From: Nemertoderma westbladi
Lineage: Eukaryota > Animalia > Xenacoelomorpha
NCBI GenBank assembly: GCA_032718475.1
Contig: JAUCBJ010009009.1
Location: forward strand, 1-64,000
Direction of reading: 5' to 3'
Length of the DNA stretch: 64,000 nucleotides
In this document: piece by piece, positions 39,201-51,417 of the stretch
Position numbering within the stretch: position 1 is the first letter of the stretch
How the letters are laid out: every line of letters starts with the position of its first letter
Program-made: the position numbers and the translations under genes
The notes under the pieces: model-generated
The model's input: the letters and a program-made list of their open reading frames with translations, nothing else
Told to the model about the DNA's origin: nothing
The model's database searches: none

Positions 39201-42200
39201 GGTAGGCCTACCTGTAATTGTTTCTGCTCCAATCATTGTGTCTCTGTCTACACTGGTAGGCCTACCTGTAATTGTTTCTGCTCCAATCATTGTGACTCTG
39301 TTTACACTGGTATGCCTACCTGTAATTGTTTCTGCTCCAATCATTGTGTCTCTGTCTACACTGGTAGGCCTACCTGTAATTGTTTCTGCTCCAATCATTG
39401 TGACTCTGTCAACACTGGTAGGCCTACCTGTAATTGTTTCTGCTCCAATCGTTGTGACTCTGTCTACACTGGTAGGCCTACCTGTAATTATTTCTGCTCC
39501 AATCATTGTGACTCTGTCTACACTGGTAGGCCTACCTGTAATGGTTTCTGCTCCAATCATTGTGACTCTGTCTACACTGGTAGGCCTACCTGTAATTGTT
39601 TCTGCTCCAATCATTGTGTCTCTGTCTTCACTGGTAGGCCTACCTGTAATTGTTTCTGCTCCAATCATTGTGACTCTGTCTACACTGGTAGGCCTACCTG
39701 TAATTGTTTCTGCTCCAATCATTGTGTCTCTGTCTACACTCGTAGGCCTACCTGTAATTGTTTCTGCTCCAATCATTGTGTCTCTGTCTACACTGGTAGG
39801 CCTACCTGTAATTGTTTCTGCTCCAATCATTGTGACTCTGTCTACACTGGTAGGCCTACCTGTAATTGTTTCTGCTCCAATCATTGTTTCTCTGTCAACA
39901 CTGAGGCCTACCTGTAATTATTTCTGCTCCAATCATTGTGACTCTGTCTACACTGGTAGGCCAACCTGTAATTGTTTCTGCTCCAATCATTGTGACTCTG
40001 TCTACACTGGTAGGCCTACCTGTAATTGTTTCTGCTCCAATCGTTGTGACTCTGTCTACACTGGTAGGCCAACCTGTAATTGTTTCTGCTCCAATCATTG
40101 TGTCTCTGTCTACACTCGTAGGCCTACATGTAATTGTTTCTGCTCCAATCATTGTGTCTCTGTCTACACTGGTAGGCCTACCTGTAATTGTTTCTGCTCC
40201 AATCATTGTGACTCTGTTTACACTGGTAGGCCTACCTGTAATTGTTTCTGCTCCAATCATTGTATCTCTGTCTACACTGGTAGGCCTACCTGTAATTGTT
40301 TCTGCTCCAATCATTGTGACTCTGTCTACACTGGTAGGCCTACCTGTAATTGTTTCTGCTCCAATCATTGTGACTCTGTCAACACTGGTAGGCCTACCTG
40401 TAATTGTTTCTGCTCCAATCATTGTGACTCTGTCTACACTGGTAGGCCAACCTGTAATTGTTTCTGCTCCAATCATTGTGACTCTGTCTACACTGGTAGG
40501 CCTACCAGTAATTGTTTCTGCTCCAATCGTTGTGACTCTGTCTACACTGGTAGGCCAACCTGTAATTGTTTCTGCTCCAATCATTGTGTCTCTGTCTACA
40601 CTCGTAGGCCTACATGTAATTGTTTCTGCTCCATTCATTGTGTCTCTGTCTACACTGGTAGGCCTACCTGTAATTGTTTCTGCTCCAATCATTGTGACTC
40701 TGTTTACACTGGTAGGCCTACCTGTAATTGTTTCTGCTCCAATCATTGTGTCTCTGTCTACACTGGTAGGCCTACCTGTAATTGTTTCTGCTCCAATCAT
40801 TGTGACTCTGTCTACACTGGTAGGCCTACCTGTAATTGTTTCTGCTCCAATCATTGTGACTCTGTCAACACTGGTAGGCCTACCTGTAATTGTTTCTGCT
40901 CCAATCATTGTGTCTCTGTCTACACTCGTAGGCCTACCTGTAATTGTTTCTGCTCCAATCATTGTGTCTCTGTCTACACTGGTAGGCCTACCTGTAATTG
41001 TTTCTGCTCCAATCATTGTGACTCTGTTTACACTGGTAGGCCTACCTGTAATTGTTTCTGCTCCAATCATTGTGTCTCTGTCTACACTGGTAGGCCTACC
41101 TGTAATTGTTTCTGCTCCAATCATTGTGACTCTGTCAACACTGGTAGGCCTACCTGTAATTGTTTCTGCTCCAATCGTTGTGACTCTGTCTACACTGGTA
41201 GGCCTACCTGTAATTATTTCTGCTCCAATCATTGTGACTCTGTCAACACTGGTAGGCCTACCTGTAATTGTTTCTGCTCCAATCATTGTGTCTCTGTCTA
41301 CACTCGTAGGCCTACCTGTAATTGTTTCTGCTCCAATCATTGTGTCTCTGTCTACACTGGTAGGCCTACCTGTAATTGTTTCTGCTCCAATCATTGTGTC
41401 TCTGTCTACACTGGTAGGCCTACCTGTAATTGTTTCTGCTCCAATCATTGACTCTGTCAACACTGGTAGGCCTACCTGTAATTGTTTCTGCTCCAATCGT
41501 TGTGACTCTGTCTACACTGGTAGGCCTACCTGTAATTATTTCTGCTCCAATCATTGTGACTCTGTCTACACTGGTAGGCCTACCTGTAATTGTTTCTGCT
41601 CCAATCATTGTGACTCTGTCTACACTAGTAGGCCAACCTGTAATTATTTCTGCTCCAATCATTGTGACTCTGTCTACACTCGTAGGCCAACCTGTAATTA
41701 TTTCTGCTCCAATCATTGTGACTCTGTCTACACTGGTAGGCCTACCTGTAATTGTTTCTGCTCCAATCATTGTGTCTCTGTCTACACTGGTAGGCCTACC
41801 TGTAATTGTTTCTGCTCCAATCATTGTGACTCTGTTTACACTGGTATGCCTACCTGTAATTGTTTCTGCTCCAATCATTGTGTCTCTGTCTTCACTGGTA
41901 GGCCTACCTGTAATTGTTTCTGCTCCAATCATTGTGACTCTGTCAACACTGGTAGGCCTACCTGTAATTGTTTCTGCTCCAATCGTTGTGACTCTGTCTA
42001 CACTGGTAGGCCTACCTGTAATTATTTCTGCTCCAATCATTGTGACTCTGTCTACACTGGTAGGCCTACCTGTAATGGTTTCTGCTCCAATCATTGTGAC
42101 TCTGTCTACACTGGTAGGCCTACCTGTAATTGTTTCTGCTCCAATCATTGTGTCTCTGTCTTCACTGGTAGGCCTACCTGTAATTGTTTCTGCTCCAATC

Positions 42201-45200
42201 ATTGTGACTCTGTCTACACTGGTAGGCCTACCTGTAATTGTTTCTGCTCCAATCATTGTGTCTCTGTCTACACTCGTAGGCCTACCTGTAATTGTTTCTG
42301 CTCCAATCATTGTGTCTCTGTCTACACTGGTAGGCCTACCTGTAATTGTTTCTGCTCCAATCATTGTGACTCTGTCTACACTGGTAGGCCTACCTGTAAT
42401 TGTTTCTGCTCCAATCATTGTTTCTCTGTCAACACTGAGGCCTACCTGTAATTATTTCTGCTCCAATCATTGTGACTCTGTCTACACTGGTAGGCCAACC
42501 TGTAATTGTTTCTGCTCCAATCATTGTGACTCTGTCTACACTGGTAGGCCTACCTGTAATTGTTTCTGCTCCAATCGTTGTGACTCTGTCTACACTGGTA
42601 GGCCAACCTGTAATTGTTTCTGCTCCAATCATTGTGTCTCTGTCTACACTCGTAGGCCTACATGTAATTGTTTCTGCTCCAATCATTGTGTCTCTGTCTA
42701 CACTGGTAGGCCTACCTGTAATTGTTTCTGCTCCAATCATTGTGACTCTGTTTACACTGGTAGGCCTACCTGTAATTGTTTCTGCTCCAATCATTGTGTC
42801 TCTGTCTACACTGGTAGGCCTACCTGTAATTGTTTCTGCTCCAATCATTGTGACTCTGTCTACACTGGTAGGCCTACCTGTAATTGTTTCTGCTCCAATC
42901 ATTGTGACTCTGTCAACACTGGTAGGCCTACCTGTAATTGTTTCTGCTCCAATCATTGTGACTCTGTCTACACTGGTAGGCCAACCTGTAATTGTTTCTG
43001 CTCCAATCATTGTGACTCTGTCTACACTGGTAGGCCTACCAGTAATTGTTTCTGCTCCAATCGTTGTGACTCTGTCTACACTGGTAGGCCAACCTGTAAT
43101 TGTTTCTGCTCCAATCATTGTGTCTCTGTCTACACTCGTAGGCCTACATGTAATTGTTTCTGCTCCATTCATTGTGTCTCTGTCTACACTGGTAGGCCTA
43201 CCTGTAATTGTTTCTGCTCCAATCATTGTGACTCTGTTTACACTGGTAGGCCTACCTGTAATTGTTTCTGCTCCAATCATTGTGTCTCTGTCTACACTGG
43301 TAGGCCTACCTGTAATTGTTTCTGCTCCAATCATTGTGACTCTGTCTACACTGGTAGGCCTACCTGTAATTGTTTCTGCTCCAATCATTGTGACTCTGTC
43401 TACACTGGTAGGCCTACCTGTAATTGTTTCTGCTCCAATCATTGTGTCTCTGTCTACACTGGTAGGCCTACCTGTAATTGTTTCTGCTCCAATCATTGTG
43501 ACTCTGTCAACACTGGTAGGCCTACCTGTAATTGTTTCTGCTCCAATCGTTGTGACTCTGTCTACACTGGTAGGCCTACCTGTAATTATTTCTGCTCCAA
43601 TCATTGTGACTCTGTCAACACTGGTAGGCCTACCTGTAATTGTTTCTGCTCCAATCATTGTGTCTCTGTCTACACTCGTAGGCCTACCTGTAATTGTTTC
43701 TGCTCCAATCATTGTGTCTCTGTCTACACTGGTAGGCCTACCTGTAATTGTTTCTGCTCCAATCATTGTGTCTCTGTCTACACTGGTAGGCCTACCTGTA
43801 ATTGTTTCTGCTCCAATCATTGTGACTCTGTCTACACTGGTAGGCCTACCTGTAATTGTTTCTGCTCCAATCATTGTTTCTCTGTCAACACTGAGGCCTA
43901 CCTGTAATTATTTCTGCTCCAATCATTGTGACTCTGTCTACACTGGTAGGCCAACCTGTAATTGTTTCTGCTCCAATCATTGTGACTCTGTCTACACTGG
44001 TAGGCCTACCTGTAATTGTTTCTGCTCCAATCGTTGTGACTCTGTCTACACTGGTAGGCCAACCTGTAATTGTTTCTGCTCCAATCATTGTGTCTCTGTC
44101 TACACTCGTAGGCCTACATGTAATTGTTTCTGCTCCAATCATTGTGTCTCTGTCTACACTGGTAGGCCTACCTGTAATTGTTTCTGCTCCAATCATTGTG
44201 ACTCTGTTTACACTGGTAGGCCTACCTGTAATTGTTTCTGCTCCAATCATTGTGTCTCTGTCTACACTGGTAGGCCTACCTGTAATTGTTTCTGCTCCAA
44301 TCATTGTGACTCTGTCTACACTGGTAGGCCTACCTGTAATTGTTTCTGCTCCAATCATTGTGACTCTGTCAACACTGGTAGGCCTACCTGTAATTGTTTC
44401 TGCTCCAATCATTGTGACTCTGTCTACACTGGTAGGCCAACCTGTAATTGTTTCTGCTCCAATCATTGTGACTCTGTCTACACTGGTAGGCCTACCTGTA
44501 ATTGTTTCTGCTCCAATCGTTGTGACTCTGTCTACACTGGTAGGCCAACCTGTAATTGTTTCTGCTCCAATCATTGTGTCTCTGTCTACACTCGTAGGCC
44601 TACATGTAATTGTTTCTGCTCCAATCATTGTGTCTCTGTCTACACTGGTAGGCCTACCTGTAATTGTTTCTGCTCCAATCATTGTGACTCTATTTACACT
44701 GGTAGGCCTACCTGTAATTGTTTCTGCTCCAATCATTGTGTCTCTGTCTACACTGGTAGGCCTACCTGTAATTGTTTCTGCTCCAATCATTGTGACTCTG
44801 TCTACACTGGTAGGCCTACCTGTAATTGTTTCTGCTCCAATCATTGTGACTCTGTCAACACTGGTAGGCCTACCTGTAATTGTTTCTGCTCCAATCATTG
44901 TGTCTCTGTCTACACTCGTAGGCCTACCTGTAATTGTTTCTGCTCCAATCATTGTGTCTCTGTCTACACTGGTAGGCCTACCTGTAATTGTTTCTGCTCC
45001 AATCATTGTGACTCTGTTTACACTGGTAGGCCTACCTGTAATTGTTTCTGCTCCAATCATTGTGTCTCTGTCTACACTGGTAGGCCTACCTGTAATTGTT
45101 TCTGCTCCAATCATTGTGACTCTGTCAACACTGGTAGGCCTACCTGTAATTGTTTCTGCTCCAATCGTTGTGACTCTGTCTACACTGGTAGGCCTACCTG

Positions 45201-47863
45201 TAATTATTTCTGCTCCAATCATTGTGACTCTGTCTACACTGGTAGGCCTACCTGTAATTGTTTCTACTCCAATCATTGTGACTCTGTCAACACTGGTAGG
45301 CCTACCTGTAATTGTTTCTGCTCCAATCGTTGTGACTCTGTCAACACTGGTAGGCCTACCTGTAATTGTTTCTGCTCCAATCATTGTGTCTCTGTCTACA
45401 CTCGTAGGCCTACCTGTAATTGTTTCTGCTCCAATCATTGTGTCTCTGTCTACACTGGTAGGCCTACCTGTAATTGTTTCTGCTCCAATCATTGTGACTC
45501 TGTTTACACTGGTAGGCCTACCTGTAATTGTTTCTGCTCCAATCATTGTGTCTCTGTCTACACTGGTAGGCCTACCTGTAATTGTTTCTGCTCCAATCAT
45601 TGACTCTGTCAACACTGGTAGGCCTACCTGTAATTGTTTCTGCTCCAATCGTTGTGACTCTGTCTACACTGGTAGGCCTACCTGTAATTATTTCTGCTCC
45701 AATCATTGTGACTCTGTCTACACTGGTAGGCCTACCTGTAATTGTTTCTGCTCCAATCATTGTGACTCTGTCTACACTAGTAGGCCAACCTGTAATTATT
45801 TCTGCTCCAATCATTGTGACTCTGTCTACACTCGTAGGCCAACCTGTAATTATTTCTGCTCCAATCATTGTGACTCTGTCTACACTGGTAGGCCTACCTG
45901 TAATTGTTTCTGCTCCAATCATTGTGTCTCTGTCTACACTGGTAGGCCTACCTGTAATTGTTTCTGCTCCAATCATTGTGACTCTGTTTACACTGGTATG
46001 CCTACCTGTAATTGTTTCTGCTCCAATCATTGTGTCTCTGTCTACACTGGTAGGCCTACCTGTAATTGTTTCTGCTCCAATCATTGTGACTCTGTCAACA
46101 CTGGTAGGCCTACCTGTAATTGTTTCTGCTCCAATCGTTGTGACTCTGTCTACACTGGTAGGCCTACCTGTAATTATTTCTGCTCCAATCATTGTGACTC
46201 TGTCTACACTGGTAGGCCTACCTGTAATGGTTTCTGCTCCAATCATTGTGACTCTGTCTACACTGGTAGGCCTACCTGTAATTGTTTCTGCTCCAATCAT
46301 TGTGTCTCTGTCTTCACTGGTAGGCCTACCTGTAATTGTTTCTGCTCCAATCATTGTGACTCTGTCTACACTGGTAGGCCTACCTGTAATTGTTTCTGCT
46401 CCAATCATTGTGTCTCTGTCTACACTCGTAGGCCAACCTGTAATTATTTCTGCTCCAATCATTGTGACTCTGTCTACACTGGTAGGCCTACCTGTAATTG
46501 TTTCTGCTCCAATCATTGTGACTCTGTCTACACTGGTAGGCCTACCTGTAATTGTTTCTGCTCCAATCATTGTGACTCTGTCTACACTGGTAGGCCTACC
46601 TGTAATTGTTTCTGCTCCAATCATTGTGTCTCTGTCAACACTGAGGCCTACCTGTAATTATTTCTGCTCCAATCATTGTGACTCTGTCTACACTGGTAGG
46701 CCTACCTGTAATTGTTTCTGCTCCAATCATTGTGTCTCTGTCTACACTGGTAGGCCTACCTGTAATTATTTCTGCTCCAATCATTGTGAATCTGTCTACA
46801 CTCGTAGGCCAACCTGTAATTGTTTCTGCTCCAATCATTGTGACTCTGTCTACACTGGTAGGCCTACCTGTAATTGTTTCTGCTCCAATCATTGTGACTC
46901 TGTCTACACTGGTAGGCCTACCTGTAATTGTTTCTGCTCCAATCATTGTGACTCTGTCTACACTGGTAGGCCTACCTGTAATTGTTTCTGCTCCAATCGT
47001 TGTGACTCTGTCTACACTGGTAGGCCTACCTGTAATTGTTTCTGCTCCAATCGTTGTGACTCTGTCTACACTGGTAGGCCTACCTCTAATTGTTTCTTCT
47101 CCAATGATTGTGTCTCTGTCTACACTGGTAGGCCTACCTGTAATTGATTATTCTCCAATCATTGTGACTCTGTCTACACTGGTAGGCCTACCTGTAATTG
47201 TTTCTGCTCCAATCATTGTGACTCTGTCTACACTGGTAGGCCTACCTGTAATTGTTTCTGCTCCAATCATTGTGTCTCTGTCTACACTGGTAGGCCTACC
47301 TGTAATTGATTATTGCTCCAATCATTGTGACTCTGTCTACACTGGTAGGCCTACCTGTAATTGTTTCTGCTCCAATCATTGTGTCTCTGTCTACACTGGT
47401 AGGCCTACCTGTAATTGTTTCTGCTCCAATCATTGTGTCTCTGTCTACACTCGTAGGCCTACCTGTAATTGTTTCTGCTCCAATCATTGTGACTCTGTCT
47501 ACACTGGTAGGCCTACCTGTAATTGTTTCTGCTCCAATCATTGTGACTCTGTCTACACTGGTAGGCCTACCTGTAATTGTTTCTGCTCCAATCATTGTGA
47601 CTCTGTCTACACTGGTAGGCCTACCTGTAATTGATTATCTGCTCCAATCATTGTGACTCTGTCTACACTGGTAGGCCTACCTGTAATTGTTTCTGCTCCA
47701 ATCGTTGTGACTCTGTCTACACTGGTAGGCCTACCTGTAATTGTTTCTGCTCCAATCATTGTGTCTCTGTCTACACTGGTAGGCCTACCTGTAATTGTTT
47801 CTGCTCCAATCATTGTGACTCTGTCTACACTGGTAGGCCTACCTGTAATTGTTCCTGCTTCAA
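24240..47863. repeat. 54-bp satellite, about 435 copies over 23.6 kb, with kb-scale higher-order duplications
   Basis: Unit CTGTAATTGTTTCTGCTCCAATCATTGTG(A/T)CTCTGTCTACACTGGTAGGCCTAC; contains the palindrome GTAGGCCTAC. Confidence 0.99.
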
Positions 47864-48083
47864 CTGTTCCATCATATTATCTTTATTTTGACTGTCCTCG
47901 GGATCTGAGGTTGAATAGGATAAACCTGAGATTAGGTTGACATCTGTGGTTGTGGATGTCTGTGGTTTCTGTGGTGTAGATTGGTCCGTGTGTGGTTGCT
48001 TGGGTCTGGGTGTGTATCGTTGGTTGAATGAGAATCTGTATTTAGGTGAGTATGTTTCTTTGCATGTGGTGGGTGCAGCACTA
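47843..48083 (-). CDS. Probable upstream exon of the syntaxin-like gene (S/T/P/Q-rich, ending MMEQLKQEQLQ)
   Basis: Stop-free frame of 100 codons (48142-47843) ending CAATTACAG|gtaggc in phase 0, matching the phase-0 acceptor at 24085. 5' boundary uncertain (candidate acceptor tactacag| at 48083). Confidence 0.6.
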
Positions 48084-48172
48084 CTGTAGTATGCAAGAAT
48101 ATTTTTGTTTTGGGTTGTTTTTAAACCACGTGGGTCGTTACTTTATCTATTTTATATATTTTCTAGATCTTT

Positions 48173-48260
48173 GAGACGAGGGGGGAAACTGAACGCCTTG
48201 GCGAATTAATATCCCGCCTCAATGTTAAATTCTCAATTTAGGGAAAGGAGCAGGTTACAG
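48173..48260 (+). repeat. Dispersed repeat, copy 2 (see 17499-17602)
   Basis: Direct sequence similarity to copy 1. Confidence 0.8.
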
Positions 48261-49382
48261 AGGCACGTTATTTGAACGAAAACTATAAACTAAACACAAT
48301 AGAAGTTGTTACAGTTTTATTTTTGAGAATTATCAGCTGTTATTTGCGTCCAATTTCCCCTGGAGAGGGATGAGTTTTTATTTCGTCCAGTTCCCCCCCC
48401 CCCCCCCCCCCCCCCCTCAAAAAAAAAACGTTTTTCTATAGTTATTACTCCTATGAGCAGGTCACTTTAATTTGTAGAATTTTCAAGAATCTACAAATTA
48501 GCTAGAAATTACGATTTGGAGTACTAGAAAATAAGGGTAACAAAATATGTTTTTTTCATGACAACTGGCGCTTTCTCTAAACATTTACAGTAAAAATAAC
48601 AAACTAGCTGAACTATGGACATTTTATAATATCGGCCCTGTTTAGCCCTCAATCAGTCAATTATAATAATTGTTTTGTAAAACCCCCTATTCTTAACTGA
48701 GGATAAAAAAATCCGATTTTACGTGCATACAGCTGTTCTGTTCTAATAGCTCTGTTTATAGAGCTAAGAAACTTATACACAAAGACACCCAACTTGCCGA
48801 TGTTCTATACTTGATTAGACGACATTACCCATTGTAATATTAAACTGCCTGCTATGTTAATAAGTCTACTTGTTGTAGCAACCATTTCTAAATATATTAT
48901 AATGAACTATGATACAGTGGTGAAGTCCTTTAATAAACTTTGTTACATTATATCAACTTATAAGCGTTTTGGTGAATTACTCGTAACGCTGCAAAGTAAT
49001 CAATATCCTTGAAACAACTTCAATTACCGGTACCGAATTCCAGAATGTATTATTTCCATTTATGTTAATGAGTAGTGCTGGTTTATTATCTAGTTTGCAG
49101 TGACGGGACTAGCTACTGTATGTTAATAATTGTTTGCCGTGTACTGCATTCCATTATGTCGAAAGGTCTAATATATGTTGTCATTTTCGAGAAAATGAGC
49201 AAAGAAAATGGCGACTGTGTTCAGTAAAACTGAACGGACACAGACGGTGACTCAGTTTGCTTCAGGCGACCAAGGTGAAGATGGATCAAAGATTTATTAC
49301 ATCCATACAGGAGATAACATAACAATAAACTTTAGTTAGATATAAATGTATAATTAATAATGGGTATAGGGCCTATCAGTTA

Positions 49383-50326
49383 GGCCGCGTTTACACTACC
49401 GAGTCAAAGACAAAAGAAAATAAATATAGCTAGCTAACAATAATAAATAATAATACATTATATAGGCCTAATATAATACATAAGGGCATTCTAGAGAAAA
49501 TTAAGGGAACAGTTCCGTATGCAGTCGCATTTTTATAACATAAATCATTGACAACCATGGCAACATTGTAGAGTTCTAGAACAATATAATTTGTAATTAT
49601 TATACACTGTCTAGTAGGGTGAGGCTGCTACACTTAGACATGAATCAAAAGTGCTAAAAATTTGCCATAGTGCTTATATTAGGTTGGTACCACCAGAATA
49701 AAAAGGTAGGCCCATTCTGAAAAAGTCGGGGCACCAGCCTCAGTGCCTCACTCTACTGTCTAGAACATAAATAAAATAAAAAATATAATGTTCTATAACA
49801 TTTTATTACATTTTATTATTCATTTATTTATTTTATATATTTATTAAAATTTAAAATGGCTAGTAATTTAAAATAAAACTACATTTTTATAACATAAATA
49901 ATTGTTAGCATGCAAAAATGTAAACTGCTATAATATCATCAATATTTTTGTTCATTACGATATATGCATCAGTTTAAACCTGAAATATCAATGTTTTCAC
50001 ATTTTTTTATAATTACAAAAAATACTAGCTAGTAAAAAACACTAGCTACTATAAAAAACATAAACTACTAATGTTCTATTACGCAAAAAAAATTGCAGTA
50101 TTTTTAGAAATTTCAAAAAAAAAATGTATATATATAATAATTTATGTTTTGAAAAATTTTGCAATGAAGTCAGTGGTGATATTACTATGCAAAAAGTACA
50201 TCATTTCATTAATTAATATCAAAATATCAAATGCGACTGCATACGGAACTCTAACCAAAATAAAATTTCATGTGATTTGTTTTACATTTTGTCTTTTGAC
50301 TTTGACTCGGTAGTGTGAACGTGGCC
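49383..50326. mobile_element. PIF/Harbinger-type MITE, 944 bp
   Basis: TIRs GGCCGCGTTTACACTACCGAGTCAAAG / CTTTGACTCGGTAGTGTGAACGTGGCC with TTA on both sides (TSD). Confidence 0.85.
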
Positions 50327-50448
50327 TTAATAAATTACTCTTATATTTGAAATAGTACATGATTAAAATGTTTAAAAGAGCATCCATAAAATCTTTATTT
50401 CACATACCGAACGCTGATAAGTTGACATAACGTAACAAAATTACATAC

Positions 50449-50583
50449 ATCATTGTTTGCAGAGGTCACTTTTCAGCGTTAAAGACCCTTGTTTATTTAT
50501 GTAAACCTCCCTCGCTGCGCTCGCTCGGAACATGAATAAACTCGGGTTATAACGCTGCGAAGTGCCACTTTGCACACAATGAT
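50449..50583. mobile_element. Short fold-back MITE-like element
   Basis: Imperfect ~50-bp arms ATCATTGTTTGCAGAGGTCACTTTTCAGCGTTA / TAACGCTGCGAAGTGCCACTTTGCACACAATGAT around CTCGCTGCGCTCGCTCGG. Confidence 0.7.
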
Positions 50584-51417
50584 ATTTTTAAGTAGTTTTA
50601 GTGTTGCTACTATAAAACAATAGCTATTAGCTACAATGTAATTGACTCCCCACCCCAGACTACCAGCTACCAAAACAATATATTTTTTATATATTATATT
50701 GTTTTAAATGCTTATAACAAAACTCGGTCTTTGGATCTGTCAAAGTCTTCGTATTATATTAAGAAAGCTCGGAACGTTTCCCAAAAAATCCTCATTTTGA
50801 CAGACATCTAGCTAGTAAATAATTACTAGCTTCTAAAAAGTACTAGCAAGCACAAAATCAAAATTACTAGCTATCATATCTGACTGTAAAAAGGACAAAT
50901 TTTTTGTTCTAGTACAAAAAAAACTTATGAAAACAGCCATTATCATTGACAAAAGATTGTAAAAACTGGTATGCATACTAAAGCAGTGGCGGTTTTAGCT
51001 GTAGGCCTACTAATGGATTTCTTTGTTTTGGGTTTAACTGTTGTTTTCATTTCTTGAGCGGATGTTGATAACCTCTTTGCTATGGATGGAATATTTTGTG
51101 AGAAGAAGGTTGAAAGCCTGGATTTGGTGGGTGGACTTTTTAATTCCCCCCTTGTCTCCATTGCGAATATAATACACACGCTCCAATAATTAAAGCCAGT
51201 TTGTATTTACATGGCCTTATATAAATAGCTGACATGTGATTTCTACGTATACCGGTACTCTACTATTACGTCTGCTACTTAATATATCGATCATTGAATA
51301 TTATTTTCTCTACTTATTAAAGTTCTAGAAAAATTTACAGTTTATTTACATTAAAATTTAATTTTTTTTTGTTCTAGAACCTGAATTATATTTCATCAAT
51401 GCCGTTTCTAATGGAAG

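Noticed and set aside
24563-47940. Giant Cys-rich (CNCFCSNHC), hydrophobic (TLVGLPVIVSAPII) and MIGAETITGRPT repeat ORFs
   Set aside because: Translations of a 54-bp satellite; several frames on both strands are open, frames switch at indels, and there are no unique domains.
49208-49339. 43-aa plus-strand ORF MATVFSKTERTQ... in good Kozak context
   Set aside because: Short, no recognisable homology, and not a myosin continuation.
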